A program made the position numbers and the translations under genes. 64,000 nt of DNA from Candidatus Aminicenantes bacterium (GTDB lineage Bacteria > Acidobacteriota > Aminicenantia > Aminicenantales > JAFGBC01), in assembly GCA_963702005.1 (NCBI GenBank), contig OY969696.1:2112001-2176000 (forward strand). Reading direction: 5' to 3'. The notes under the pieces are model-generated. The model was given only the letters and a program-made list of their open reading frames with translations, was not told the DNA's origin and ran no database searches. Positions 55,364 through 64,000 of this stretch are shown here, one piece after another. How positions within the stretch are numbered: position 1 is the stretch's first letter; the number at the start of each line of letters is the position of its first letter.

Positions 55364-58159
55364 CTATTCCCGGATGAAAACGTTCTTGAACGAGAGCGGC
55401 GTGCTGTGGGCCTGGAGCTCGATCTGGCCCGATGGGTAGATGGGCTTATCCCGCTCCCAGTAATTCTCCATGACGACATTGTCCACGACCAGGATGCCGT
55501 TGAGCCAAGCCGTGACCCGCTCGCCCTTCATCAGGATCCGGAAGGTGTTCCAAGTCCCGATGGGGTTGTCGGCGGGCCGCAGGGGCTTGGATGGATTGAC
55601 TTTATTATTGTAGAGGCCTCCCGAGCCTTCGGGCCAGCGGGCCGGGTCCCAGATCTGGACTTGGGGCGATCCGCGCAGGTAGATCCCGCTGTCGCCCTGG
55701 GGTTCGATCTTCCAGTCGACGAAAAGCTCGAAGTCGGTATAATCCCCTATCGTGCACAAGCTGGCGCCCTGGCCGTCGAACATGAGGCACCCGTCGACGG
55801 CCCGCCAGTGGCGCCGCATATCCTCGTCGGCCGCGGCCTGAGCCTTTTGGAATTCCCGAGCCGTCATCTTGGCCCTACTGACGGGATCCTCGACCAGGCC
55901 TTTCCAGCCCGAGAGGGTTTTCCCGTCAAAGAGCCGGACAAATCCCTCGCGGATGAGGAGGGCCGCGGCGTAATCCTCGACGCGCCGCCGGTCGAAATCG
56001 TTGTCCATGAGCGGGGCGGCCTTCTTGAGGGCCAAAGCCGTTTCCATGCCGCCCAGCCCTTCCGCTCCGGAGCCGGGAAGGGCGATCCCGACAACGGCTT
56101 CGGCCGCGAACTCGCGGAGCTCGGGATCGTCGAGGACCGCGGCCGCCAGCGCCAAGGATTCCGCGGAGCGGCTATTGCGGAGGGCTTGGAGGATGAGCTT
56201 CTTTTCGCCCGGCTCTTTGGCGTCGGCCCAGACGCTGTTGAGCAGACGGGATAGGTCCGCCGCAGAGAGACCGGGATCCTTGGCTAGGCGCGTCAGACCC
56301 TGGACCGCCAGATAATGAAACTTCGGGTCTTCCGTTCGCTTCAACACCGTGAACAGTCCCTCGAGCGCGTCCGGGCTCGGCCAGATGGACAACGCATGGA
56401 CGGCTACCGCCTGGACGAGAGGATCGCTGTTTTGAGTATCAGACAGGACCGCATCGAGGGCTTTCGCCCCTCCCACTTTGGGCAGGATCCGAATGAGATC
56501 AACTCGCTTGGTGCCCGATAGGGATGCCAAAGCCCTTAAAATGGGCTCGACCCTGCGATCGGGCTCGGGAATCCGAATGGCCGAGGCGGCCAGTGCGTTC
56601 TGGAGCGGCGCCGTTTCGGCGGCGTCGGTGCTTTTCAAGAGGAGATCCAGCAGCCGAGGCAGATCTTCGGCGCGGACGACCCGCTCCAGGGCGGCCAATG
56701 AAGCGTGTCTGACCTCCTCCGAATCGCTGCGGATCAGTCCTAAGATTCGATCCGTCTGCTCCCCGGCCCGGCGCTCGGCCAGGACCTCGATCAGCGCGAC
56801 CTGAGATACGGGGGGAACGCCGTCGAGGAGAGCGGCCGCCTCGGTGACCGCTCGGGCCGCCGGGGCTGAAAGCAGAGTCTCCTTGACAATCGTCGTTTCC
56901 TCCGTCTCTCCCGAGTTTAAAAAAGGAAGAAGCTCGGGGAGCGAATCTTCTCCCGCCAGGCGGGCCAGGGCCGCCATCGCGGCGAGGCGGACGCTACGGT
57001 TGGAATCCTTCAGTCCTTCTCGGACGGCGGGGAGCGCGGCCGGATCCCGCCGCCGGCCGAGCATGGCCATGATCTCAACCTTGCTCTCGGTCGAGGCCCC
57101 CGCCATCTTGTTCAGGAAGCGCGACGTTGCCTCCGAGCCGGGGAGGGTCTCCGCCATATCGAGGGCCCGGACGCGGTAATCTTTATCCCCCGAATCGACG
57201 GCGCCGAGGAGGTCGTCGAGGGCGGCCGGGCCGAGGATGTCGGCGAGGAGGGACAGCGCTTGACAGCGAACCTGGCTTTCTGAGGGCTGGAGATAATTCT
57301 TGAGAATTCCGCGGCAGATATCCTCGGCCGCCTTCCGTTCTCCGTTTTCAAAAAGGCGCCGGCCGTAGAACAGGTATAGCGAAGCCGTCCTCGTTCTCTC
57401 CGCGGCCGGGGCGAGCAGGGGGATCCGTTCGAAGGCGGGCGCGGCCGCCGGGTCTCCACTCTGGGCCAGGGCCTCCATGGCGGCCATCCTCAATATCCCA
57501 TCCTTGTCTTGGGCGAGGGGAAGGAGCTTGGCGACGGCCTTGCGGCTTCGCAGCCGGCCCAGGGCTTGGGCGATGGAAACCCGGATGTCCGTCGGCGCGC
57601 CGGCCAAGGCTTTGACGAGATTTCGTTCCGCGTTTTCGCCGCCGATCGCGGCGAGGGCCCGGGCGGCAGGATCAGCGATCCGTCCGTCTCCGAGACAAGC
57701 CGTCAAGGCCTTGATCGCCTCTTTTCCCCCCGCCAGCTGGAGCTCGCTGATGAGAAAGGCCCTAACCTCGGCGGGCGCGGCGTTCTTCAAGTTGTCGGCG
57801 AGGGCTTTGGCAAAGGACGTCTTTTCATTCGCCGCCCCGGATCTCGACGCGTAGACGGCCAAGGCGTCCAGGGCATAGCGGACCAAAGTGTCGTCGGCCG
57901 CTCCGGCCGGAACGAGCCTCGCGCAGAGGTCGCCGACGGCACGCGGCCCGAGAGCCGTAAGCTCCGCCGCCAGAGCATCCCGCTCCGCGGAGGTCCGGGC
58001 CGGGAACCGGACGAGAATCGAGTCGAGGGACGGCCTGACCGCGCGCGTCTCGGTTCGAGCGTCTCCCTGCGAGGATATAATGAGGAGCGCGAAGACCAGG
58101 GCGGCGGTCGCCCTCGAGGGGCGTCTTGCGGTTTTCGCGATTCTTGGCGTCATGTTCAT
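55364..58159 (-). CDS. HEAT-repeat + C-terminal DUF1080 protein
   Basis: HEAT repeats then LFDGKTLSGW, GDSGIYLRG, QVQIWD, IELQAH. Confidence 0.92.
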   Translation of the reverse strand: MNMTPRIAKTARRPSRATAALVFALLIISSQGDARTETRAVRPSLDSILVRFPARTSAERDALAAELTALGPRAVGDLCARLVPAGAADDTLVRYALDALAVYASRSGAANEKTSFAKALADNLKNAAPAEVRAFLISELQLAGGKEAIKALTACLGDGRIADPAARALAAIGGENAERNLVKALAGAPTDIRVSIAQALGRLRSRKAVAKLLPLAQDKDGILRMAAMEALAQSGDPAAAPAFERIPLLAPAAERTRTASLYLFYGRRLFENGERKAAEDICRGILKNYLQPSESQVRCQALSLLADILGPAALDDLLGAVDSGDKDYRVRALDMAETLPGSEATSRFLNKMAGASTESKVEIMAMLGRRRDPAALPAVREGLKDSNRSVRLAAMAALARLAGEDSLPELLPFLNSGETEETTIVKETLLSAPAARAVTEAAALLDGVPPVSQVALIEVLAERRAGEQTDRILGLIRSDSEEVRHASLAALERVVRAEDLPRLLDLLLKSTDAAETAPLQNALAASAIRIPEPDRRVEPILRALASLSGTKRVDLIRILPKVGGAKALDAVLSDTQNSDPLVQAVAVHALSIWPSPDALEGLFTVLKRTEDPKFHYLAVQGLTRLAKDPGLSAADLSRLLNSVWADAKEPGEKKLILQALRNSRSAESLALAAAVLDDPELREFAAEAVVGIALPGSGAEGLGGMETALALKKAAPLMDNDFDRRRVEDYAAALLIREGFVRLFDGKTLSGWKGLVEDPVSRAKMTAREFQKAQAAADEDMRRHWRAVDGCLMFDGQGASLCTIGDYTDFELFVDWKIEPQGDSGIYLRGSPQVQIWDPARWPEGSGGLYNNKVNPSKPLRPADNPIGTWNTFRILMKGERVTAWLNGILVVDNVVMENYWERDKPIYPSGQIELQAHSTPLSFKNVFIRE

Positions 58160-59409
58160 AGCGTCCAGGGCGAACGCATAGGTTCGCCGATCAACCGGTT
58201 CGCCTCATCATCTCCGATGAACCTCTCGCGCTCGGGATCGAAGCGAAGCCCGCGTCCGAGCCGGACCGCGATCTTGGCCAGGTTGACGAGCGTGCAGGAG
58301 CGGTGTCCGTTCTCCTCGTTCAGCGGGAATTTTCGGCGCTCACGGACGGCCCTGCTGAAATCGGAATCCTGCGGTTCGGGGTCGGGCAGGGAGGCCACGG
58401 TCTCCTTGATCCTGGGGATATCCGAATCGAACCCCCGCATGAGCTTGCCCAGAGGACCTTGGAGAAAAGGAGCGTTCGGATCTTTGTTTTCGCCGTCGAG
58501 AAAAATCTCGCAGCCGTCCGCATATCGCAGCCGGACCCAGCTCCAGGAGCCGCAGGCGTCCGGGTGCTGCTGGGGCGCTTCGGCTTCGACCTCCACCGGG
58601 CCCGTGCCGTCCTTGTCGAGGAGGTACTGGACGGGGTCGAGATAGTGCTGGCCCATGTCCCCCAGGCCTCCGCCGTCATAATCCCAGTAACCGCGGAAGG
58701 TCCCATGGACCCGGTGAGGGTGGTAAGGTTTTTCGGGCGCCGGGCCGAGCCAGAAATCATAATCGAGGTCCGCGGGCACGGGCTGGGGCGGGAGCCAGGT
58801 CTTGCCGCTCCAGTAGAATTTCCAATCGAATCCGGTGGCCCGGCTGACCGTGACCTTGAGCGGCCAGCCCAGCAGTCCGCTCCGGACGAGCTTTTTGATC
58901 GGCTTGACCTCCGTTCCGAAGCCGTAGAAAGTGTCCTGGAACCTGAACCAGGTGTTGACGCGCAGCATCCGGCCGTTTCTGCGGACCGCCTCGACGAGCC
59001 TCCGGCCTTCTCCGATCGTCCTGGTCAACGGCTTTTCACACCAGATGTCCTTGCCCGCCTCGGCGGCGGCCGCGGCGATCAGGGCGTGCCAGTGGGGCGG
59101 GGTCGCGACGTGGACGATATCGATGTCGGGACGTGCCAGGACCTCGCGGAAATCCCGATAACCCTTGACGCCGGGCCCGCCGATCTCCAGGGCTTCTCTG
59201 AGGTGACCGGCGTCGACATCGCAGACGGCCAGGAGTCTCGCGCCCGGATAGGTCAGGTGGCCCTGCCCCATGTTCCCCACGCCGATGACGGCCTTGGTCA
59301 GCTCGTCGGAAGGGGCCGTGAAGCCGGAGCCGCCCAGGACGCGGCGCGGCACGATGGTCGCCGCGGCGGCGGCCAGGGCCGCCCGCTTGAGGAAGTTGCG
59401 TCGATCCAT
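58156..59409 (-). CDS. Tat-exported Gfo/Idh/MocA oxidoreductase
   Basis: DRRNFLK; IGVGNMG; TPPHWH; CEKP; DMGQHYLD. Confidence 0.93.
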   Translation of the reverse strand: MDRRNFLKRAALAAAAATIVPRRVLGGSGFTAPSDELTKAVIGVGNMGQGHLTYPGARLLAVCDVDAGHLREALEIGGPGVKGYRDFREVLARPDIDIVHVATPPHWHALIAAAAAEAGKDIWCEKPLTRTIGEGRRLVEAVRRNGRMLRVNTWFRFQDTFYGFGTEVKPIKKLVRSGLLGWPLKVTVSRATGFDWKFYWSGKTWLPPQPVPADLDYDFWLGPAPEKPYHPHRVHGTFRGYWDYDGGGLGDMGQHYLDPVQYLLDKDGTGPVEVEAEAPQQHPDACGSWSWVRLRYADGCEIFLDGENKDPNAPFLQGPLGKLMRGFDSDIPRIKETVASLPDPEPQDSDFSRAVRERRKFPLNEENGHRSCTLVNLAKIAVRLGRGLRFDPERERFIGDDEANRLIGEPMRSPWTL

Positions 59410-59526
59410 GTCTGCCTTTCCGGAGGTCGAGTCCTATATTATCTTTTCTTGGGCTCGGACTTCAACCTCTCGCAAAGCCCCGGAAAAAGAACTGAGATAG
59501 TCTTATAATAGCATCCGGAGGGACAA

Positions 59527-59766
59527 GTGATCCCGCAGATTCCTTACGGCGGCATCGGCTTAGGCATCGCTTTGATCTTCATCGGTCTGGCTTTCTATGA
59601 AGCCGAAGCGACGGGCAGGATCATCATCCTGTGCGTGCTCGCCCTGTCCTTCATCCTCCCGGCGATTGCATCTTCTTATGCGTTGGGGGTCGTCTGCCAG
59701 ATCGGGCGCCTGGTCTTTGGCGCGTGCTGCTACGTCTATTGGAAATATCGGGTCGCAACGTCCTGA
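59527..59766 (+). CDS. small 3-TM membrane protein
   Basis: GGAGGG RBS, GTG start, three hydrophobic segments. Confidence 0.6.
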   Translation: MIPQIPYGGIGLGIALIFIGLAFYEAEATGRIIILCVLALSFILPAIASSYALGVVCQIGRLVFGACCYVYWKYRVATS

Positions 59767-59822
59767 CGGGAACGACGAGCGAAGCGGCCCCAGGGCCGTT
59801 TCCGCAGCCTAAGGAGGATATC

Positions 59823-60011
59823 ATGCCCCTCATCGAAATTCACATGCTCGAGGGCCGAACCGACGAACAGAAGGAGAGGCTCCTGGGGGCGGTCACCAAG
59901 GCCGTCCATGAGTCGATCGGCGCGCCGCTCCCGACCATCCGGGTCTGGATCCAGGAGTTCTCGCCGCGGGAATACATGTCGGCCGGCGAGTTGGCCGCTC
60001 ACCGAAAATAG
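59823..60011 (+). CDS. 4-oxalocrotonate tautomerase family protein
   Basis: MPLIEIHMLEGRTDEQK with catalytic Pro1; AAGGAGG RBS. Confidence 0.93.
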   Translation: MPLIEIHMLEGRTDEQKERLLGAVTKAVHESIGAPLPTIRVWIQEFSPREYMSAGELAAHRK

Positions 60012-60028
60012 GCTGAGAGGGGACTCGC

Positions 60029-60991
60029 TCAGGCGCCGTTCCGCTTTCGCATCCGGAACGTGATCTTGCGGCTTTTAAAAATGGTGACCCGTCCGCCGAT
60101 CGGGATGGCCATCGGGTCCCGGCTGACGCCGTGGCCGAAGTTGGAAACGGCCAGGATCGGAAGCGGGTAGCCCTGGCGCCGTCTCCAGCGGATGATATCG
60201 TCGAGGTAGGTGAGGACGAAGGCCCGCGCTTCGTTCTGGCTCTTCCGGTCGTGGGCGTTCTTGCCGTAGGGGATGAGGGAGCCGATGACGAGACCGCGGA
60301 CTCTGCGGAAGATGTTATGGCGGCGCAGGGCGGCCAGCAGCCTGTGGACGTCCTCGACGTCGATCTGGACATCTTCGAAAAAAAGGATGTGGCGTTTCCA
60401 GTTGAACTTGGGCGGCTCCTTCCGGTTCAGGAAGTTGACGAAGGTCGACAGGTTCCCGCCGATCGGGATCCCCGAGAAGCGCCGGACCGGGGGCGCCGTC
60501 AGCCAGGCCGATCCCTGGTAGTGGATCTCCTCCCCCGAGATGAGGGACAGGACCTTATTGATGCGCCCGCCCCCCAGCTGGAGGGAGGGGAAGTAGATCA
60601 GGGGGACCCGGGAATGATAGTAGATTTCGTTGAGAAGGAAGGTGAAGTCCGAGAAGCCGACGATGAGGGGGCGACGCTCCCGGATGACCCGGAAATCCTT
60701 TCCGTCGATCTTGAAGGCCAGGTCCTCGGCGCCCGTCCCGCCCGCGACCGATACGACGAGATCATAGTCCCGGACGGCCCGCTTGAAGTCATCGGACCGC
60801 TGCTCGGCCGAGGCCGAAACGTGCTCGATCTGGTCGTCGCTCGAGAAGAGGTACTCGCTGAAGGCGATGTCCTTGACGCCCAGGAATTTCTTGAGGCGGC
60901 TGCGGGTCCGGAGCAGGGCGCTCCGGTCGTTACGAGACAGACAGGTCGAGGGGGCGATGAAAATAGCTTTGTCGAAGGAGTGAGCGTTCAT
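60029..60991 (-). CDS. LD-carboxypeptidase (S66)
   Basis: IAPS, GFSDFT, GGNL, FFED, NFGH. Confidence 0.85.
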   Translation of the reverse strand: MNAHSFDKAIFIAPSTCLSRNDRSALLRTRSRLKKFLGVKDIAFSEYLFSSDDQIEHVSASAEQRSDDFKRAVRDYDLVVSVAGGTGAEDLAFKIDGKDFRVIRERRPLIVGFSDFTFLLNEIYYHSRVPLIYFPSLQLGGGRINKVLSLISGEEIHYQGSAWLTAPPVRRFSGIPIGGNLSTFVNFLNRKEPPKFNWKRHILFFEDVQIDVEDVHRLLAALRRHNIFRRVRGLVIGSLIPYGKNAHDRKSQNEARAFVLTYLDDIIRWRRRQGYPLPILAVSNFGHGVSRDPMAIPIGGRVTIFKSRKITFRMRKRNGA

Positions 60992-61213
60992 GGCCCTCGA
61001 AGAAAGACATACATTAGCAAAAAAGGGTCCGGTTTTCAATGATCTAAATAACGCAGTTTTAGCGCGGCCGGGTCCGAAAAGAAGACGGCAGGAGGAGGGA
61101 GAGACGCCCTGTTCGCCTAATTGTTCTCCATGTCGGCGCTAGCTGACAGGGACTTAAAGGCCCCTCCCAGCGTGGAAAATCACGGCGCCGCGGGGATAAA
61201 TAAAAAATCCGGC

Positions 61214-62659
61214 TCAGTTCAAGGTTTCGAGGGGCTTGTAGAGTTTTTTGAGGGCCTTGAGCTCGATCTGGCGGATGCGCTCCCGAGTCAGGTTGAAGTA
61301 CTGGCCGACCTCCTCGAGCGTCCGCTCCTGGCCGTCGTCCAGGCCGTAGCGCATGCGGAGGATCCGCATCTCCCTGTCGTTGAGGGTTTTGAGGGCCGCT
61401 TCGATATGTTCCCGGAGATTGATGTGGATGACCGCGTCGGGCGGGGAGGGGAGGGTCTTATCCTCGAGGAAATCGGCCAAGCTGCTCTCCCCGCTGTCGC
61501 CGATCCGGGTTTCGATCGAGACCGGCTCCTGGGTGTTCCTGAGCATCTCGCTGACCTTGCTGACCGGGAACCCGGACTTGCGGGCCAGGTCCTCCGTGGT
61601 CGCCTCTTTCCCGTTCTTCTTGAGGATTTCCTGGGCGGCCCGAGACAGGCGCTGGAGCGTTTCGACCATGTGGACGGGGACCCGGATGGTCCGGGCCTGG
61701 TCGGCGATCGCCCGGGTGATGGATTGGCGGATCCACCAAGTCGCGTAGGTCGAGAACTTATGGCCGCGGCGGTAGTCGAACTTATCGACGGCCCGCATCA
61801 GCCCGATATTCCCCTCCTGGATGAGATCCAGGAAATGGAGGCCCCGGTTCTGGTAGTGCTTGGCGATGGAGACGACGAGCCTCAGGTTGGCCGCGATCAT
61901 CTCTTGCTTGGCTTCGTCGCGGGCCCGCTTGCTTTCCCCGATGAGCTTGAGGAGTTTCCGGGCGTGGACTCGACGGGATTTGGGGCCCCGGAATCGCGCG
62001 GCCATAAGCTCAGACTGCAGGCTGACGACGAAGTCCTCGACGCCGTCGGGCTTGAGGTCGAGTTGCTTGAAGAGGCCCATCATGCGGACGACCAGACGTC
62101 CCCTGGCCATCCGGTTCTTGGCGGCGGGCCTGATCCGCTTGAGCCGTCGTTCAAGACCGTTGAGGGCCTTCAGGATCTCAAGAACGGCCTTGTGCCGCCG
62201 GGCCAATCCGGCTTCCTCGAACTCGTCCTCATTCAGATGGAAGCCTTTTTTGACCGCATCCGGAGATGTCTTGACCATGGCCTCGAGGGCTCTGAGCTCG
62301 TCCATGGTACGGGGGCTCCGGGCCAGGGCTTTGAGGATCCCTTTCTGGCCCTTCTCGATCTTCTTGGCCAGGAGGACTTCTTCCTCCTTGCTCAAGAGAA
62401 GGATGCTCCCCATCTCCCGGAGGTAGAGGCGGACGAGGTCGGTCGTCTGCTCGGACTCACCCGGGGGAGGCCCCGCCTGGGGCTGGGCCGGCTTGGGCCG
62501 CGGCTCCTCGTCGGGGAGGGGCATTCCGAAGGCGGAGTCCTCCCAGGATTCCTCTTGGGAAGCCAACGGAGAGGGTAGGCCCTCTAGGGGGAGAGATTCC
62601 TGGGCTCGAACCTCGGCCTCGAACAAGGCCTCGTTCGTATATTTCTGATCCTTGGACAT
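61214..62659 (-). CDS. sigma70 factor, RpoD/SigA-like
   Basis: Region 1.2 [11 protein letters not shown]; [11 protein letters not shown]; [10 protein letters not shown]; TRERIRQIE. Confidence 0.93.
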   Translation of the reverse strand: MSKDQKYTNEALFEAEVRAQESLPLEGLPSPLASQEESWEDSAFGMPLPDEEPRPKPAQPQAGPPPGESEQTTDLVRLYLREMGSILLLSKEEEVLLAKKIEKGQKGILKALARSPRTMDELRALEAMVKTSPDAVKKGFHLNEDEFEEAGLARRHKAVLEILKALNGLERRLKRIRPAAKNRMARGRLVVRMMGLFKQLDLKPDGVEDFVVSLQSELMAARFRGPKSRRVHARKLLKLIGESKRARDEAKQEMIAANLRLVVSIAKHYQNRGLHFLDLIQEGNIGLMRAVDKFDYRRGHKFSTYATWWIRQSITRAIADQARTIRVPVHMVETLQRLSRAAQEILKKNGKEATTEDLARKSGFPVSKVSEMLRNTQEPVSIETRIGDSGESSLADFLEDKTLPSPPDAVIHINLREHIEAALKTLNDREMRILRMRYGLDDGQERTLEEVGQYFNLTRERIRQIELKALKKLYKPLETLN

Positions 62660-62787
62660 TGTCTTCTCCTGACCTCTTTATCAATCATATGGGATAACTC
62701 ATGTTAATCGAATTTGGTTTCAAATAATACGAGGAAATTGTTTCAAATGCAAGCATTTTTTTTACATTTTTCGAGGCTGGCCGCCCC

Positions 62788-63828
62788 TTAAAACCGGCAG
62801 GAGCCGCCGTGTTTTTCGTAATATCTCTGGTGGTAGTCCTCGGCCCGGGTGAACGTCGCGGCCGGGACGACCTGGGTCACGATCGGCTTAGGAAATCGTC
62901 CGGACGCCGCCAAGCCGGCCATAGCCTCGAGCGCCTGCCGGCGCTGGTCCTCGCCGTGAGCGAAAATGGCCGAGCGGTACTGAGTTCCTGTGTCCGGGCC
63001 CTGACGGTCGAGCTGAGTGGGGTCGTGGATGCGGAAAAAGACATCCAGGAGCTCCCTGTAGCTGACCCGTGAGGGATCGAAACGGACCTCGACGGCTTCG
63101 GCGTGGCCGGTCTGGTCCGTACAGACTTCCTGGTAGGTCGGATGGTCGGTCCGGCCGCCCGTGTAGCCGACTTGGGTGTCGACGACGCCCGGGACCCGGC
63201 GGAACTCGGCTTCGACGCCCCAGAAACATCCCGCCGCGAAAGTCGCGATTTCGGCCTTCGTTTCCGGGGCGACCGGGGCCGACCCCTCCGCCCGGCCGTC
63301 GGCGGAGCGACCGTCCGGCCGGAAATCCAGGGCCGCCGAATTGATGCAGTAGTGGAGGCGCGAAGGAGCCGGCCCGTCGTCGAAGACGTGCCCTAAGTGG
63401 CCTCCGCAGACGGCGCAGCGGACCTCGGTCCTCTTCATCAGGAAGGAACGGTCCTCCCGGAACTCGAGCTTGGAGAGGTCGATCGGCTCGAAAAAGCTGG
63501 GCCAGCCCGTCCCGTGCTCGTACTTGGCCTTCGAGGAGAAGAGAGGGGTCCCGCAACCGGCGCAGAGATAGGTCCCTTCCTTCCAGAAATCATTGAACTT
63601 GCCGCTGAACGCGGGCTCCGTCCCGCACATCCTCAGGACTTTATACTGATCCGGCGTCAGCGTCGTCTTCCAATCCTGGTCCTTTTTGGGGGTTTTGTCG
63701 TTCATGGTCCTTCCTTCGCGGGCCGCGATGCGCCCCGGGTGAGGGGCGCCCGTGACCAAGGCGTTGAAAGCGGCCCAGCCGGCCGCCGTTCCCGCCGCAA
63801 TGATCAGGGACGCGACGATTTTACGCAT
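62788..63828 (-). CDS. msrBA: bifunctional methionine sulfoxide reductase MsrB-MsrA
   Basis: GWPSF, HLGHVF, YCINS (MsrB); GCFWG, GHAE, QYRS, AEDYHQ (MsrA). Confidence 0.95.
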   Translation of the reverse strand: MRKIVASLIIAAGTAAGWAAFNALVTGAPHPGRIAAREGRTMNDKTPKKDQDWKTTLTPDQYKVLRMCGTEPAFSGKFNDFWKEGTYLCAGCGTPLFSSKAKYEHGTGWPSFFEPIDLSKLEFREDRSFLMKRTEVRCAVCGGHLGHVFDDGPAPSRLHYCINSAALDFRPDGRSADGRAEGSAPVAPETKAEIATFAAGCFWGVEAEFRRVPGVVDTQVGYTGGRTDHPTYQEVCTDQTGHAEAVEVRFDPSRVSYRELLDVFFRIHDPTQLDRQGPDTGTQYRSAIFAHGEDQRRQALEAMAGLAASGRFPKPIVTQVVPAATFTRAEDYHQRYYEKHGGSCRF

Positions 63829-64000
63829 GGTCCGTGGCCTCCTTCCAAACCTACTATTCCCATAGGAACATTATAGTAGTATTTTAATAAAAAGCAAGAG
63901 GGGCCGGCTTCGCCCGGCAGGGGAGCCTCCCCGGCCCAGCCCGTCATTTTCTCTTGACTTTTCGGACTTATTTTGTGCTAAACTAATATCGCTGGCTGGA

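Noticed and set aside
61067-61089. GCCGGGTCCGAAAAGAAGACGGC as SRP RNA domain IV
   Set aside because: Conserved CAGG/AGCA internal loop and stem pairing are broken
62788-63828. Selenocysteine in MsrA/MsrB
   Set aside because: Catalytic positions are Cys (GCFWG, YCINS) with no in-frame TGA
63955-64000. TTGACT promoter-like signal possibly preceding an RNA gene
   Set aside because: The downstream feature lies outside the window and cannot be identified

Overview
High-GC bacterial chromosomal window. The gene content suggests an anaerobic sugar/protein degrader such as Ca. Aminicenantes/Acidobacteriota, but this is inference only. 1-19.1 kb is an accessory zone with four intact toxin-antitoxin pairs, an orphan antitoxin, several TA/Fic fragments, a stand-alone MORC-like GHKL ATPase and secreted beta-propeller genes. 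19.8-59.4 kb holds three carbohydrate redox clusters: six Gfo/Idh/MocA oxidoreductases (five with Tat signals), TIM-barrel isomerases, DUF1080, ThuA and HEAT proteins. One of these clusters also encodes a 7-haem cytochrome c, a cytochrome b-like membrane protein, ApbE and a TIGR03663 membrane glycosyltransferase-like protein. Main items missed by the ORF track: (i) a secreted thioredoxin-TPR selenoprotein candidate (in-frame UGA in a UxxC motif plus a SECIS-like hairpin, 52092-50569); (ii) an internal RBS/start at the junction of the HTH-IrrE/ImmA-macrodomain fusion behind a HigB toxin; (iii) three families of dispersed palindromic REP/PATE-like elements, one bracketing an SDR gene and one lying in frame inside the cytochrome gene; (iv) two frameshifted genes. 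No tRNA, rRNA, CRISPR array or intact transposase was recognised.
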